Shown: positions 9,230 to 20,505, counted from the stretch's first letter. The stretch is DNA of 64,000 nt from Candidatus Micrarchaeia archaeon (GCA_049966395.1 JBMFUT010000002.1:1-64000); one strand, 5' to 3'. Made by a program: numbers and translations. The notes: a model not told the origin generated them from the letters alone.

Positions 9230-11122
9230 ATGAACAGCAATCCTATGCTCCACGCCAAGGAGGTTTTTGCAAGCAGCATAATGGAAGCCATGCGTAGCCT
9301 TGGAATTGCCGCAGACAGCGCGCAGGTATACCAGAGCATAGTGATGCAAGACGGCAGCAAGGGTGATATGAGCTCGTCGATAGCTTTTAGGATTGCCCAC
9401 ATGGAAAATATCCCGCCGCACCAGGTTGCGGAGAAGATTGTCGGCGTCGCGTCTCCGGTGCAGCCGATAGAAAAGATAGAGGAATTCAACGGCTACATAA
9501 ACGCATGGCTCGACGTTGCATCATTCTCAAAGGAAGTAATAGACGCAGTCCTTGCGCTCAAGGAGGGCTACGGCTCAAGCGATTCTGGCAAGGGAGAAAA
9601 GGTAATTGTAGAATTTCCTAGCGTGAACCCAAACAAGTCGTGGCACGTTGGCCACCTCAGGAACGCGCTATTGGGAGACACCATAGCAAACCTTGCAGTT
9701 GCGCACGGAAGCAGCGTCGAAAGGATAGACTACATAGACGATCTGGGCCTCCAGATGGCAGAAATACTTTGGGGTCACATCAACATGAAGGGGGAGCCGG
9801 ACAAGAAGTACGACCTCTGGCTCGGCGAGAGATATGTAGAGATAAACAAGATGATAAAGGATCAAGGCAAGGATGCCGAGGTGGGGGAGCTTTTGAAGAA
9901 GATGGAAGCCCTCGATACAAGGGAGGCCAAGGAGGCGAGGAGCATAGCTGAGAGATGCGTCGCAGCGCAATATGAAACCGCTTACAGCTACGGCATATAC
10001 CACGATCTCATGATATGGGAGAGCGACATAGTGAGGGCAAGGCTTCTTGAGCAGGCAATGGAAAAGGTGATCAGCAGCGGAGCCGCAAGGAAGGAAAGCA
10101 GTGGCAAGTACGCCGGCTGCACGGTTGTAGACCTTTCGGCAGAATGGCTTCCGGCAGAGCTGAAGGGCATGGCTTCAGACGCCAAAGTGCTAATAAGGAG
10201 CAACGGCACCGCCACATACCTTGCAAAAGACATAGCTTTCCACATGTGGAAGCTAGGAATGCTAAAAGACAGCTTCAGCTATTCGCTAGTGGGCAAGCAG
10301 CCTAATGGCAAAGCCCTGATTACGACGTCTGCTGAAGGATCCGAAAAGGTGCACTTCGGCGGCGCATCGGTAGCAATAAATGTAATAGGGTCTGCCCAGA
10401 GCTATCCTCAAATGGTGCTGCGCAGCATATTCTCGCTTCTAAGCAATGAGCAAAAAAAGATAGTGCATTTGTCATATGGAGAGGTCGCGGTCGAGGGAAG
10501 CGCAACCATCAGCGGCAGGAAGGGCGCCTGGATGGGCAAGGACCGCAACTACACAGCAGACGATCTCCTCAAAGAAGCCACAGCACATGCAAATTCAATC
10601 ATAAGGGCAAACGAGCGCCTCAGCAAAGGCATTTCTGAAGATGACATTAAAGAAATCTCCCTCAGTGTCGCATTGTCCGCAATAAAATTCGAGTTCTTGA
10701 GGGTTTCACCAGAGAAAAAAATATTCTTCACTTGGGAGCGCGCTCTCAATTTCGAGGGCAATTCCGGGCCTTACTGTATGTACATGCACGCCAGGGCGTC
10801 AAGGATCCTCGAGAAAGCCGGAGCTTTCGACGCTTCTTCTGTAGACTATTCGCTGCTTTCAAGAGGCGCCGAGTTCGAGTTGGTCAAGGCAATAGCAGAT
10901 CTGCCTGAGCGCGCATCCAAGTCTTTCGCAGAGCTCAGGCCGAACATAATAACAGACTATGCCATAGAGCTCTCTTCTAAGTTCAGCAAGTTCTACGAAG
11001 GAGTGCCAGTTCTCAAGGGCGGCGGCGCAAAGTCGGCAAGGCTGGCGATAGTCTATGCAGCAAGGTTTGCGCTGGCAAACGCGCTTGCGCTTCTTGGCAT
11101 AAGAGCAACAGAGCGCATGTAA
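9230..11122 (+). CDS. argS: Arginyl-tRNA synthetase
   Basis: SVNPNK..HVGHLRNA (HIGH motif), RSNGTATY, FEGNSGPY..Y.HAR, C-terminal ERM. Confidence 0.97.
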   Translation: MNSNPMLHAKEVFASSIMEAMRSLGIAADSAQVYQSIVMQDGSKGDMSSSIAFRIAHMENIPPHQVAEKIVGVASPVQPIEKIEEFNGYINAWLDVASFSKEVIDAVLALKEGYGSSDSGKGEKVIVEFPSVNPNKSWHVGHLRNALLGDTIANLAVAHGSSVERIDYIDDLGLQMAEILWGHINMKGEPDKKYDLWLGERYVEINKMIKDQGKDAEVGELLKKMEALDTREAKEARSIAERCVAAQYETAYSYGIYHDLMIWESDIVRARLLEQAMEKVISSGAARKESSGKYAGCTVVDLSAEWLPAELKGMASDAKVLIRSNGTATYLAKDIAFHMWKLGMLKDSFSYSLVGKQPNGKALITTSAEGSEKVHFGGASVAINVIGSAQSYPQMVLRSIFSLLSNEQKKIVHLSYGEVAVEGSATISGRKGAWMGKDRNYTADDLLKEATAHANSIIRANERLSKGISEDDIKEISLSVALSAIKFEFLRVSPEKKIFFTWERALNFEGNSGPYCMYMHARASRILEKAGAFDASSVDYSLLSRGAEFELVKAIADLPERASKSFAELRPNIITDYAIELSSKFSKFYEGVPVLKGGGAKSARLAIVYAARFALANALALLGIRATERM

Positions 11123-11174
11123 CTCCCAGTGCGGCATAGCGCAGAAAACCAATTTGATGACAGCAGCACTTGCG

Positions 11175-13673
11175 CTAGCTATTGGCCTTGATGAATCCAA
11201 TATTGGCGTCTATCCTTTCCAGCGTCTGCTTTACGCTTCTTTCTATGTCTGCCCTGCTGTTGCCCTTGGCAGAGAAGAAAGATGCTATATCATTCCTGGT
11301 CTTTGCTTCCGAGACAGTGCTGAGGTTGTCAACAAACCTCTGGAGCATGTGGGCGCCTTCGCTGTATTTCTTCATGAAAGATTCCCAGTTGCGCTTGGTC
11401 CATCCCCACAGTATCGACTTGCCCACAGGGTTAGAAGCCACGACAGACGGGATTGTCATCGAGTCCTGCAATTTGACGAATCTGGATTTTGAGAACGCAA
11501 GCGCCTCACTAACGAGCTCCTCGCTGCCGAAGTATCCAAGCGCCCCGAGCAGCCTCACTTTCTCGTCGGGCCTTTCTTCGTTGTTGTATAATTTGACTAT
11601 TTTGTCGAATGTTTTTTTGTCGCCATTGCGCGCAACTACTGCGTAAACCGCGCCCTTCAGGTCGGCGTCTATGCTTCCTATTCCGCTGCTAAACATCTTT
11701 TTTGCCGAATCAACGGCCTTCCTATCTCCAGAAATTCCGGCGGCAAGCAAAGCGGCTCCTCTTAGCTTGGAATCTGTTGTGCTTTCCCCCTTCCTCTTAG
11801 ACAGGCCGAGCCTGCCAAGTATTGCGTTTGCAAAATTCCTCCTCAGCTCATTGACATCTTTGTAATATCTTTGGTTGTAGGAAAGCAGCGAAAGGAAGTT
11901 CAGTTCAGAGAGCAGCTCCGCGTTTGCTGGATAGCCTATGCCCATGCAGTACTCTGACACGAAGGTCATGTAATTGCTGAGCTTCATCCTGCCAGATCTT
12001 GTAGCAGCAAAGAGATCGCTCACGAGACTCCATGCGTCAAGCCCGTCTATCATGCCCTTCTTGACTAGCTCTCCTAGCTTTCCAACCGTCTTTTCGTCGT
12101 AGTCGCTCCTGTGGAAAGAAGACAGGCCGTAGTTGAGTTTTATCCATTCTGCGCCTGCCACTTTGGCCGACTTGCCTTTCATGAGCATGCTCCCTTTTCC
12201 ATTGTCCGTAATGTATGTTATTGGTATGGGCCATGGCTTGTCTTCTGCATAGCCTCCTATGAGGAACCTCTTTTGGTAAAGGCCTATGCTTTTGCCTGAC
12301 TTCCTTTCTATTACTACAGGATATCCTTTCCTCTCTATCCATTCCTTCATGAGCCTAGAGACTCCCTTGACTGACCCGCGTGCCCTTGAAGCCTGGTCTA
12401 TTGCAAGCCAAAGGTCCTGTTTCTCGGCGTTGCCGAAACTGTGTTTAGTCAAATACCTGTGCAACCCCTCCCTGAAGGCGTCCTTGCCTACGTAAGATTC
12501 GAGCATGTGAAGAATGCTGCCTCCCTTCTCGTAGCTTATATTGTCGAAGATGCTGTTTATTTCTGCAGGGGTCTTGACCTTGACATTTATGGGATGCGTG
12601 TTCTTAAGTGCGTCTGCAGAAAGCGCAGTGCCGAAAACAGCCATGGCGTATTCAAGGCCTATGCGCCATTCCGGATAAAGCTCGTCCATCGCCTTGTAAC
12701 TCATGAACGTGGCAAAACTCTCGTTGAGCCAAAGGTCGTCCCACCATTTCATTGTGACAAGATCCCCGAACCACTGGTGCGCAAGCTCGTGCATGACAAC
12801 TTCGGCTACTCTCTGCTTGTTGGCAATTGGTGAGTCATCGGCAGCGAGCAGCGCAACCTCCCTGAAAGTTATGGCTCCCCAATTCTCCATTGCGCCAGCT
12901 GCGAAGTCAGGTATTGCGATCAGGTCCACTTTGGGCAGCGGGTAGTTTATGCCGAAGTATTTCTGATAGTATGATATGGCCCTCTTTGCAAAATCAAGAG
13001 CGATGCCTCCAAGTGCCTTCTTTCCCGCAGTCGTAACTACTCTTATTGGCATGCCGCCAAGCTTGCCTTCAAGATATTCGAATTTGCCGACGCCCATGTA
13101 GAGCAGGTAAGTCGACATGCGAGGCGTCTCCTCGAAGCGCACGGCCTTCTTGCTTCCTAATATTTCTACATTCTTTACGGGCATGTTGGATATTGCTTCA
13201 AGCTCCTTGTCGACAACGAGGGTGAGATCAAAGATTGCTTTTGCCGAGGGTTCGTCTATGCATGGAAACGCTGCCCTTGCGTCTGCTGGCTCGAACTGCG
13301 TCGTGAGGAGGTAATTCTTCACGCCTTTGCAAGTGTAGCTGCTCCTGTAGAAGCCGTACATGCCGTCGTTGTTCTTGCCCTTGAAAGATATCATCACCTT
13401 GATCTTTCCCTCGACGGCTCTCGGAAGCGCCAGCTTCACAGTCTCCTTCTTCGCGTCATAGGATACTTTTGCATCAAAAGTCTTGCCATTTGATTCTGCG
13501 AATGCCTTTTTGATTTCGAGCTCCTTCGCATGCAGCAATAAAAAGGTGCTCTTCTTGACTCTCATCTCTATTGTCTCTTCGCCATCAAATGTGAATGCGC
13601 GCATGTCTGGCTCTATCCTCAAATCATAGCGCTCCGGTATTTCAAATCCGTATATAACTTCGGTCTTTTCCAT
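11175..13673 (-). CDS. M1 family zinc aminopeptidase (tricorn-interacting factor F2/F3-like)
   Basis: GAMENWG, HELAHQWFG...LNESFA (HEXXH-18-E), ERAP1-like C-terminal domain. Confidence 0.96.
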   Translation of the reverse strand: MEKTEVIYGFEIPERYDLRIEPDMRAFTFDGEETIEMRVKKSTFLLLHAKELEIKKAFAESNGKTFDAKVSYDAKKETVKLALPRAVEGKIKVMISFKGKNNDGMYGFYRSSYTCKGVKNYLLTTQFEPADARAAFPCIDEPSAKAIFDLTLVVDKELEAISNMPVKNVEILGSKKAVRFEETPRMSTYLLYMGVGKFEYLEGKLGGMPIRVVTTAGKKALGGIALDFAKRAISYYQKYFGINYPLPKVDLIAIPDFAAGAMENWGAITFREVALLAADDSPIANKQRVAEVVMHELAHQWFGDLVTMKWWDDLWLNESFATFMSYKAMDELYPEWRIGLEYAMAVFGTALSADALKNTHPINVKVKTPAEINSIFDNISYEKGGSILHMLESYVGKDAFREGLHRYLTKHSFGNAEKQDLWLAIDQASRARGSVKGVSRLMKEWIERKGYPVVIERKSGKSIGLYQKRFLIGGYAEDKPWPIPITYITDNGKGSMLMKGKSAKVAGAEWIKLNYGLSSFHRSDYDEKTVGKLGELVKKGMIDGLDAWSLVSDLFAATRSGRMKLSNYMTFVSEYCMGIGYPANAELLSELNFLSLLSYNQRYYKDVNELRRNFANAILGRLGLSKRKGESTTDSKLRGAALLAAGISGDRKAVDSAKKMFSSGIGSIDADLKGAVYAVVARNGDKKTFDKIVKLYNNEERPDEKVRLLGALGYFGSEELVSEALAFSKSRFVKLQDSMTIPSVVASNPVGKSILWGWTKRNWESFMKKYSEGAHMLQRFVDNLSTVSEAKTRNDIASFFSAKGNSRADIERSVKQTLERIDANIGFIKANS

Positions 13674-13766
13674 TCGCTCGCCATTTTCATTTCACTATTC
13701 ATCACAAAAATGATAAATAGCAAACTGAATGCCTTGTGTAGGCAGATAAAAAAGCGCATTGAGTAG

Positions 13767-14451
13767 TCAGCGCATTGCCCCTTCGGCAAGCTCCTTGTTG
13801 GCTTCCTCCATGTCCTTGAGCGAGTCTATCGACCTCCAGTAAGAATCCGCGAATTCTGTAGCGTTTATCATCCCTTTAGGTGCGAGCTTCTCGAAAACAT
13901 CCTTCTCGAGGCTCCCGTTCCTAGGCGCGAATTCGAACACCTTCCTGTCCATGAGGTATATTCCTGCATTTATCATGTGCTGCCTGAGCAGCGGCTTTTC
14001 CTCGAAGCCGAGAACCTTGCCCTGCTTTGCGACTACTATACCAAAAGGGCTCCTAAGTGGAACGAGGGCAATTGCAGCGATGGCACCATCTACAGAAAGC
14101 CTGCCTATGTCTATGTTTGTGAGGATGTCGCCATTTAGAGCATAGAATTTGCTGCCCTTCACAAGCCTTTCAGTGTTCTTCAGCGCGCCCCCAGTGCCAA
14201 GAGGCTCGCTTTCCTCCGCATATTTGAAATCAATACCAAAATCCTTAACCTTTCTTTTCAATATATTCAATAATCTGCTCCTTTTTGTAGCCCACTGTTA
14301 TTACTGCCGTATCTACTCCTGCCCTAGCAAGCCATTCGCATTGCCATCCAATTATCGGCTTGCCCGCAATAGGTATCATGGGCTTTGGCATCTCTTCAGT
14401 TATAGGTCTAAGCCTTTTTCCGAAGCCGCCAGCAAGTATAACCGCTTCCAT
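13767..14451 (-). pseudogene. Sugar-1-phosphate nucleotidyltransferase split by a 1-nt frameshift (pseudogene or sequencing error)
   Basis: [14 protein letters not shown] in ORF 14245-14454 continues as EPLGTGGAL..NGD..INAGIY in ORF 13767-14270; removing one T from GGTTAAG restores ...KKGKDFGIDF. Confidence 0.85.
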
Positions 14452-14510
14452 CAAAGCACCGTATAATATTCCAAAGTTATCTTTATAATGTTTGCATATT
14501 CAGCGCATGC

Positions 14511-15611
14511 CTATCTCAGGCTTTCGCAAAGCGTCTTAAATTTCTCCCTTATCCTTTTTTCAGAGAATTCCCTCAGTATGGAAGGTATGTTCTTCTGCAG
14601 CCTTGCAACAAGCTCAGGATTTTCGTCAAGCTCCCTTATGCGCTTTGCATATTTAGTTGGATCATCCTCTATTATAGCGTTGAAACCATTCCTGGCAGCG
14701 AAGCCCTGGAAGGCCACGCTGGTTCCAATCACTGGCTTGCCAGCGATAAGATAGTCAAGCACCTTTGACTTGAAGCCTGTTCCATGCATAAGCGGGGCAA
14801 TGCAGAGGTCGGCTTCGCCAAGCCTCTTTTGCAGCTCTTCGTCAGTTATTTCGCCAAGGCATGAGAAGTTTCCGTGAGACCTTGCTGTGCATCCCCTTCC
14901 TACAACGTAGAATGTTTTGTTCGGCACCGCAGGTGCTATCTCTTCCTCTATTATGCGCGCCGCCTCAGCATTGGGCGGGTAGTCGCACGCGCCAACGAAA
15001 AGTATTTTCCTTATCCTTCTTATGGTCCTTGGCTTTCTCATTTTGCCCACCGGCAGCAGCTGCATGACGTAGCTCTTTTCCTTTGCCGAAGGTATTTCCT
15101 CAACGAGGCGCTTTCTGTCTTCTTCTGTAGGCAGTATGATGTGCGTTGAAACGCCTATCATTTTTTTGTAGATGTGCATCTGTCGCCACAGGTAAATTTT
15201 CTTCAGTATTGCCTTAACTGGCGCAGGCGCCCCGACACTGTCGACGCGAAGCGCGAAATTGTATATGACGTCAGGTGAATCCGTCAACACAACAATGCTG
15301 CATTTGTCTCCGTGCAGCCTGTTATACGCAGCTGCGACAGCGGCAAGCTCTCTGTCGAAAACTATGACAACCTTCGGATCGAATTCGGCCAGTTCTTCAA
15401 GCATTCTCCTTCTTCCAGCAATGCCTGAAGATCCGAGCACGTGCTCCGTCATTCCTTGGACTCTTCTTGTGCTAAAACCCCTGCCAAGCGAAAATATCTC
15501 TTCTTTCGCGCTGCATATTTCGGCAAACAGTCGGGCAAGCCTCATAAGTGCCTTGTCATGCCCCGCAAGCGTCCCTAATGGCGCTTTTCTTATCAGGGCT
15601 ACGCGCATCAT
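14511..15611 (-). CDS. Glycosyltransferase family 4 (GT-B)
   Basis: FVGACDYPPN and ADLCIAPL..GTGFKSKVLDYLIAGKPVIGT C-terminal GT4 motifs. Confidence 0.85.
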   Translation of the reverse strand: MMRVALIRKAPLGTLAGHDKALMRLARLFAEICSAKEEIFSLGRGFSTRRVQGMTEHVLGSSGIAGRRRMLEELAEFDPKVVIVFDRELAAVAAAYNRLHGDKCSIVVLTDSPDVIYNFALRVDSVGAPAPVKAILKKIYLWRQMHIYKKMIGVSTHIILPTEEDRKRLVEEIPSAKEKSYVMQLLPVGKMRKPRTIRRIRKILFVGACDYPPNAEAARIIEEEIAPAVPNKTFYVVGRGCTARSHGNFSCLGEITDEELQKRLGEADLCIAPLMHGTGFKSKVLDYLIAGKPVIGTSVAFQGFAARNGFNAIIEDDPTKYAKRIRELDENPELVARLQKNIPSILREFSEKRIREKFKTLCESLR

Positions 15612-15748
15612 TGAATCGTATTAAGAATCAATTCAAACAATAAAAGCCTTTTGACCATATAGCATATGCAAGCGCAATCAAATGCGTCTCTCAATGCACT
15701 CTGCCAAAAGGTTTTTAAGCATAGCGCAAAAGCGATATAAATAAGAAA

Positions 15749-17068
15749 ATGCTTAAAATTATCATGCGTGAAGCAACAATCTCCTCATCATCAGACGAGG
15801 CGCGGCTTAACAACGATTTCTACTCCAACAACTCTGAGCTATGCTTCAAGACAAGGGCCATGGGCGAGGACTACCAGAAAGCATTCGCAGAATACCTGTA
15901 CAAATACCTAGCCATTTCAGGCATCGAAAAACCGAGAATACTCGAGGTTGGAGCCAACAATATCAGGTTCGAGAGCGGAATCTACAAGAGGATAATGGAA
16001 CTGGATGCGCGCAACCGCACCGATTTCGCGGAAGCAGCAACTTATACCATAATGGACATATCAAAAGCTGCCATAACGGAAGCGAAAGAAAGTCTAACTA
16101 GTACTGAGACCTTCAAGACATTGCTTAGGATAGGCGACGTCACAAAGGGAATATACGGCAATTACGACGTCATAATAGCAAACGAGCTCTTCGACGACCT
16201 CGGCCACGAGGTTGTTGCAAAGATCGGGGGCAAAGCCTATTTTGTAAACTATGCTGTCAGGGTTTCATACACTTCCGATCCGCTTTTTGAGCCACTCTGG
16301 CCGGTTGTAATAGAGGTTTCAGGCCACGGCGAGGTTGACGATGCGACATATGCTAGGTACGGCGACTTGATTGGCATGATGGAAAACGGCAGGGTGTGGT
16401 CTTTCTCAGAAAACGTCGACAGGGCAATATCAAACATGGCGGAAGCGCTGAACAGCGGAGGCATGCTATGGATGCACGACTACGGTTTGCTTTACCCTGC
16501 GCCAAAGGCTTATTCAAACGGCATAAGGCGCCTCTTCGCTCCAAGCGTAGAATCGGCTATGCTGAGCATAGAGAACGGCGACCACCTTGGCTACCAGGTA
16601 ACTACAGATGTAAACTTCATGCAAGTGGCAATGAGCGTTTCTGCGTCAGGCATGAGCATAGCAAAGATGGAAGACCACGAGCTTTTCGTCGGAAGGAAGG
16701 ACGGCAGACTAAACATAAGCTCAATAGCCATTGCCGCTGCTCTTGACAATATGCCGGATTGGAAGCTTGAGCTCATAGAGTCGATGCTAGGCATAAGGGA
16801 CATAGGAGGGCCCAGGCTCAGCATCGTTTCATTCCTGAATTCGCGCTTCTCCAACGCGCTCCTGCTTTCCGAAGGGCGTATACTGCCGAGGAGCGAGTCG
16901 ATATTAGATCTGTCAAAGCTCGGCTCCGCCGCAGAAAATCTTTACAATGAGATTAGTGCATCATTCTATTCAAAAGGAATAAAGAGAACTGTCAACGCAT
17001 CGCCACTGGTAGATATAGCGGCGATAAAGGAGGGCAATGCCGATCTCACTGAATTGCTGAGGGCGTAG
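15749..17068 (+). CDS. SAM-dependent methyltransferase, MidA/NDUFAF7-like
   Basis: ILEVGA, IIANELFDDL, HDYG and TTDVNF resemble MidA-family motifs. Confidence 0.65.
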   Translation: MLKIIMREATISSSSDEARLNNDFYSNNSELCFKTRAMGEDYQKAFAEYLYKYLAISGIEKPRILEVGANNIRFESGIYKRIMELDARNRTDFAEAATYTIMDISKAAITEAKESLTSTETFKTLLRIGDVTKGIYGNYDVIIANELFDDLGHEVVAKIGGKAYFVNYAVRVSYTSDPLFEPLWPVVIEVSGHGEVDDATYARYGDLIGMMENGRVWSFSENVDRAISNMAEALNSGGMLWMHDYGLLYPAPKAYSNGIRRLFAPSVESAMLSIENGDHLGYQVTTDVNFMQVAMSVSASGMSIAKMEDHELFVGRKDGRLNISSIAIAAALDNMPDWKLELIESMLGIRDIGGPRLSIVSFLNSRFSNALLLSEGRILPRSESILDLSKLGSAAENLYNEISASFYSKGIKRTVNASPLVDIAAIKEGNADLTELLRA

Positions 17069-17410
17069 CATGTGTGCAGGCAATTATACTGCCAAGCCGA
17101 TATTATAATAGTATTATAATAATGCCGGAGCGGCAAAGGAAGCGAACAAATATAAGCTTTGCATGCGAAGTATTACCTGCAAGGCAACAGATGGAATGCA
17201 CGCAACGCCAAATAATCAACGGCATTGCCGTTTTGGCCATGCAAAATTGAAAAATAGCATTTCGTCGAAGGCATTCGTCTATAGCAGAAGTATGGTATAA
17301 CAATCGTCGATTATCGGCGAATGTCATATAAAAAAAATGTTAAACATATGAGCAGTATTTAAATACTTTGCTTTTGAATAACATCTCAACAAAAATGTTT
17401 AAGTGATAGC

Positions 17411-20400
17411 ATGAAAAGTATAAACGCGAAGAGAATAGCCGCTATCGCGGCAAGCTTGATAGTAGGTCTTGCATTCGCAGGACCAGTCTCTTTCCAGAAC
17501 GTGCCCATAATAAACAACGCAGGCCAGCCAGTAGTGCAGATAGTCGTAGGTTCAACAGCAATGCCTAGCGACGGCGTAGTGGCTGCAAACATAGCTGCGG
17601 TAATAGGCAATCTGGCGTACACATCCACACCAATAACAGCGACAGTGAATGGCAAGGGCGCAGTGAGCTGCGCAGTAACAACGCCAACATGCACGCTGAG
17701 CAACCAGCAAGTCTGGCTTGGCGAAAAAGGAGTGGTAGTGCCTACAGGCAGCTATAAGATAAGTACATTAATAGGATCAATAATGAACAGCGGAGTGCTG
17801 AACTACAACACGCTCTCAAGCACAAAGACATTGGACACCTCAGGCACATACTCATATCCAGAAGGATCTTCAGCGCCATATGCAATATCTACTTCACCAA
17901 CCCAGAGCGTCTTCACGGGCATAACATCATACAACCCAATACCAGTAAACCAGAGCGCATTGGCAGGAACTAACGGCGGAGGCATGAGCTTCTCGCAGTT
18001 CTCTTCATACTTTAACGGAAACTACTCCGACAACATAGTGCAGCTGACAAACGCGCAGGTTCCAGGTCTGATGTCAAGCAGCGGACCAAACTCTGAGTCA
18101 GAATACCTATGGCTCATGGGCTTCCCTGTATACGACCAGGCGCTGAACAACTTCGCTTTGCTTGACGCAAACGGAGCTTATCAAGTGACATTCGGCACAC
18201 CAGTGCCACTCTACTCTGGCACTACAAGCGCGTACAAGTCAATAACATTCCTAGGAGAAAACTGGACAATATATGGCGGAACTCCGCCATCAGTATCCAC
18301 ACTTCCATCATCAAGCGAGTACGTAGTCGGAGGAAAGCTTGAACTTGCACAGTCAATAACTCCAGTGCAGACAGTCTACGTCGGCCACAACATAACATCA
18401 GGACCAATAGAAGTGGTACTGCAAGACTTGTCATACCCTAACAGCTCAGGAGGCAGCAAGGCAGCAATCGCGGTATACAACCACGGCGTGCTGACAAACG
18501 AGACGGCAATACCTCCATACACAGTCTATCCTGTAAACAGCAGCGGCACAACGCTATACATAGGCGTAGGGCAGACATTCCCAGGCCTTTATGCATACCA
18601 GAAGTGGGCAAAGATACAGCTCTTCAGCAACGTCTTCAACATAACATCAGGAAAGAACTTCAACTCTAACAACAACGACTGGCTTGCAGCGATAAGGTGG
18701 ACAACGAACCAGTCAACAGCACCAAGCGCATGGGGCAACTACGCCGAGCTTCAGGGCATAATACTCTACAGCAACTCTTCTAAATCACAGACAATGGTGC
18801 CAGGATCGTCATTCACATTCATACAAAACCCAGCAGTATGGAAGTTCAACTTCCTGGGCGACTCTTTGGGTGCGCCTGGAAGCGGCAACTCAAACTACGA
18901 CCCTCTGACATTCTCAACAGCAACAAGCACAGCAGGCACGACATACCAGAACCCAAGTGGTCAATCTGGTCAAGCGCCGCAAGCAAATACATATAAATGG
19001 ACCAATGCTGGCAGCTTTACAGCAGTAACTGGTAGTTCAATAATAATGGCATACGGCAACACAACAGCAATAACAGAGCCAACAAGCCAGTTCACAGTGT
19101 CAAGCTCTGTGCCTACAGCATTCACAATAAAGCCTCCGGCAGGAACGCCAGCACCATCTTCAAGCCTTGGCAGCGTTACATACAACCTTGACACATACGA
19201 ACTAACGCAGTCCAATGTAGTCGAATCGAACTCGCTCACTGCAGCAAATGGAGCCGCAAACCCGGGATTGATAGTAGTTCTAAGTCTAAACTCAGGACTT
19301 GATCCCAACTACATAACAAGCTCCAATCCACTAACAGTCAAGATATCAGGCTACAAGGGAGGAACACCGACATCTGGAGGAACAGTGCAGTTCACCTCAG
19401 GCACCTCAGGCTTGACACAAACAACATCACAGGTACTAGACAACATAACAAACATACAACTCAGCTATCCACTTCCAGCACCAGGCGTAAGTATATCTGT
19501 ATACGAAACCGCCAACACACTAAATCCGGCTTCTGCCAATGTGCCCTTGGCAACACTATCATACTATGGCCCGACAGTAATGTACTCAGTGCCTAACTAC
19601 AACTACGAAATCTCTGCACCAGCAAGCACAACAACGGTAGACTACGGCGAGGAGAGCGGTGCGCAAGTGCCTTTCACACTGACTGCAAATGTGCCAACCA
19701 CCACACAAACAGCGCCATACCAATACTTCACATACAACATGCCTGAAATAACACTGCCTTCAACAACAACGCCAAACGCATATGTCTATCTCGGCTTGAT
19801 GAACCAGTCAAGCGTGGCAGATCCAACACCACTCTACTGGCTCAACCAGACAAACAGCGACAACAACGCAATGACCTACACAAGCTCGCAGGGCCACACA
19901 GTAAAGGCCGTGCAGGGCTTCAGGACAGAGCGCGGCAGCGAAGTGGCTGCAATATCGCCAACATCAGTGACATACGACATGGCGAAGGCGGTAGACGCAC
20001 TGGAATTTGTGGTAGGGCCATACTCTTCGGCAGTCAGCTCAACAACAAAGACATACGGGCCATACGGAGTAGGGCAGGCAACTAACATACCAAACGTAAC
20101 AATAGCGCAGGTGAACGCCTCATGCAGCTTCTCTTCAACAAGCTGCAGCGTAACAGGGCTGAGCAACCTGACAGCAACGCCTTCAGTGACAAGCGCCACA
20201 ACGCCTGTAACACTGAACACAGCAACAACGCCACTCGCAGTGCTCGACAGCAACGCAAACCAGGCTGCAACATTGATAGTCGTGGGCAGCAAGTACGTGA
20301 ACAGCGTAGCATCGCAGATATTCGCGCAGAACCCAAGCCTCGACAGCAGCTTCGGCCCAGGATCAGTGATAGTGCAGGCATTCGGCACAAACCGCATACT

Positions 20401-20482
20401 GGTCGCAGGATACACGGCAAACCAGACAGTGACTGCAGGAAACGAGTTCATACAGGACCTGCTCACAGCGGCTGGACAGTAA
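17411..20482 (+). CDS. S-layer protein (Methanococcales/Thermococcales-type N- and C-terminal S-layer domains)
   Basis: KRIAAIAA signal peptide, IVVGS.A..SD.VVAANIAA.IG N-domain, LIVVGSKYVN...ILVAG C-domain, S/T/N-rich with many NxS/T sequons. Confidence 0.88.
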   Translation: MKSINAKRIAAIAASLIVGLAFAGPVSFQNVPIINNAGQPVVQIVVGSTAMPSDGVVAANIAAVIGNLAYTSTPITATVNGKGAVSCAVTTPTCTLSNQQVWLGEKGVVVPTGSYKISTLIGSIMNSGVLNYNTLSSTKTLDTSGTYSYPEGSSAPYAISTSPTQSVFTGITSYNPIPVNQSALAGTNGGGMSFSQFSSYFNGNYSDNIVQLTNAQVPGLMSSSGPNSESEYLWLMGFPVYDQALNNFALLDANGAYQVTFGTPVPLYSGTTSAYKSITFLGENWTIYGGTPPSVSTLPSSSEYVVGGKLELAQSITPVQTVYVGHNITSGPIEVVLQDLSYPNSSGGSKAAIAVYNHGVLTNETAIPPYTVYPVNSSGTTLYIGVGQTFPGLYAYQKWAKIQLFSNVFNITSGKNFNSNNNDWLAAIRWTTNQSTAPSAWGNYAELQGIILYSNSSKSQTMVPGSSFTFIQNPAVWKFNFLGDSLGAPGSGNSNYDPLTFSTATSTAGTTYQNPSGQSGQAPQANTYKWTNAGSFTAVTGSSIIMAYGNTTAITEPTSQFTVSSSVPTAFTIKPPAGTPAPSSSLGSVTYNLDTYELTQSNVVESNSLTAANGAANPGLIVVLSLNSGLDPNYITSSNPLTVKISGYKGGTPTSGGTVQFTSGTSGLTQTTSQVLDNITNIQLSYPLPAPGVSISVYETANTLNPASANVPLATLSYYGPTVMYSVPNYNYEISAPASTTTVDYGEESGAQVPFTLTANVPTTTQTAPYQYFTYNMPEITLPSTTTPNAYVYLGLMNQSSVADPTPLYWLNQTNSDNNAMTYTSSQGHTVKAVQGFRTERGSEVAAISPTSVTYDMAKAVDALEFVVGPYSSAVSSTTKTYGPYGVGQATNIPNVTIAQVNASCSFSSTSCSVTGLSNLTATPSVTSATTPVTLNTATTPLAVLDSNANQAATLIVVGSKYVNSVASQIFAQNPSLDSSFGPGSVIVQAFGTNRILVAGYTANQTVTAGNEFIQDLLTAAGQ

Positions 20483-20505
20483 TCCCGATACAAATAGCAA
20501 GTTGA

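Noticed and set aside
17101..17121. Tandem palindrome TATTATAATA-G-TATTATAATA upstream of the S-layer gene
   Set aside because: AT-only and low complexity; it cannot be distinguished from chance.
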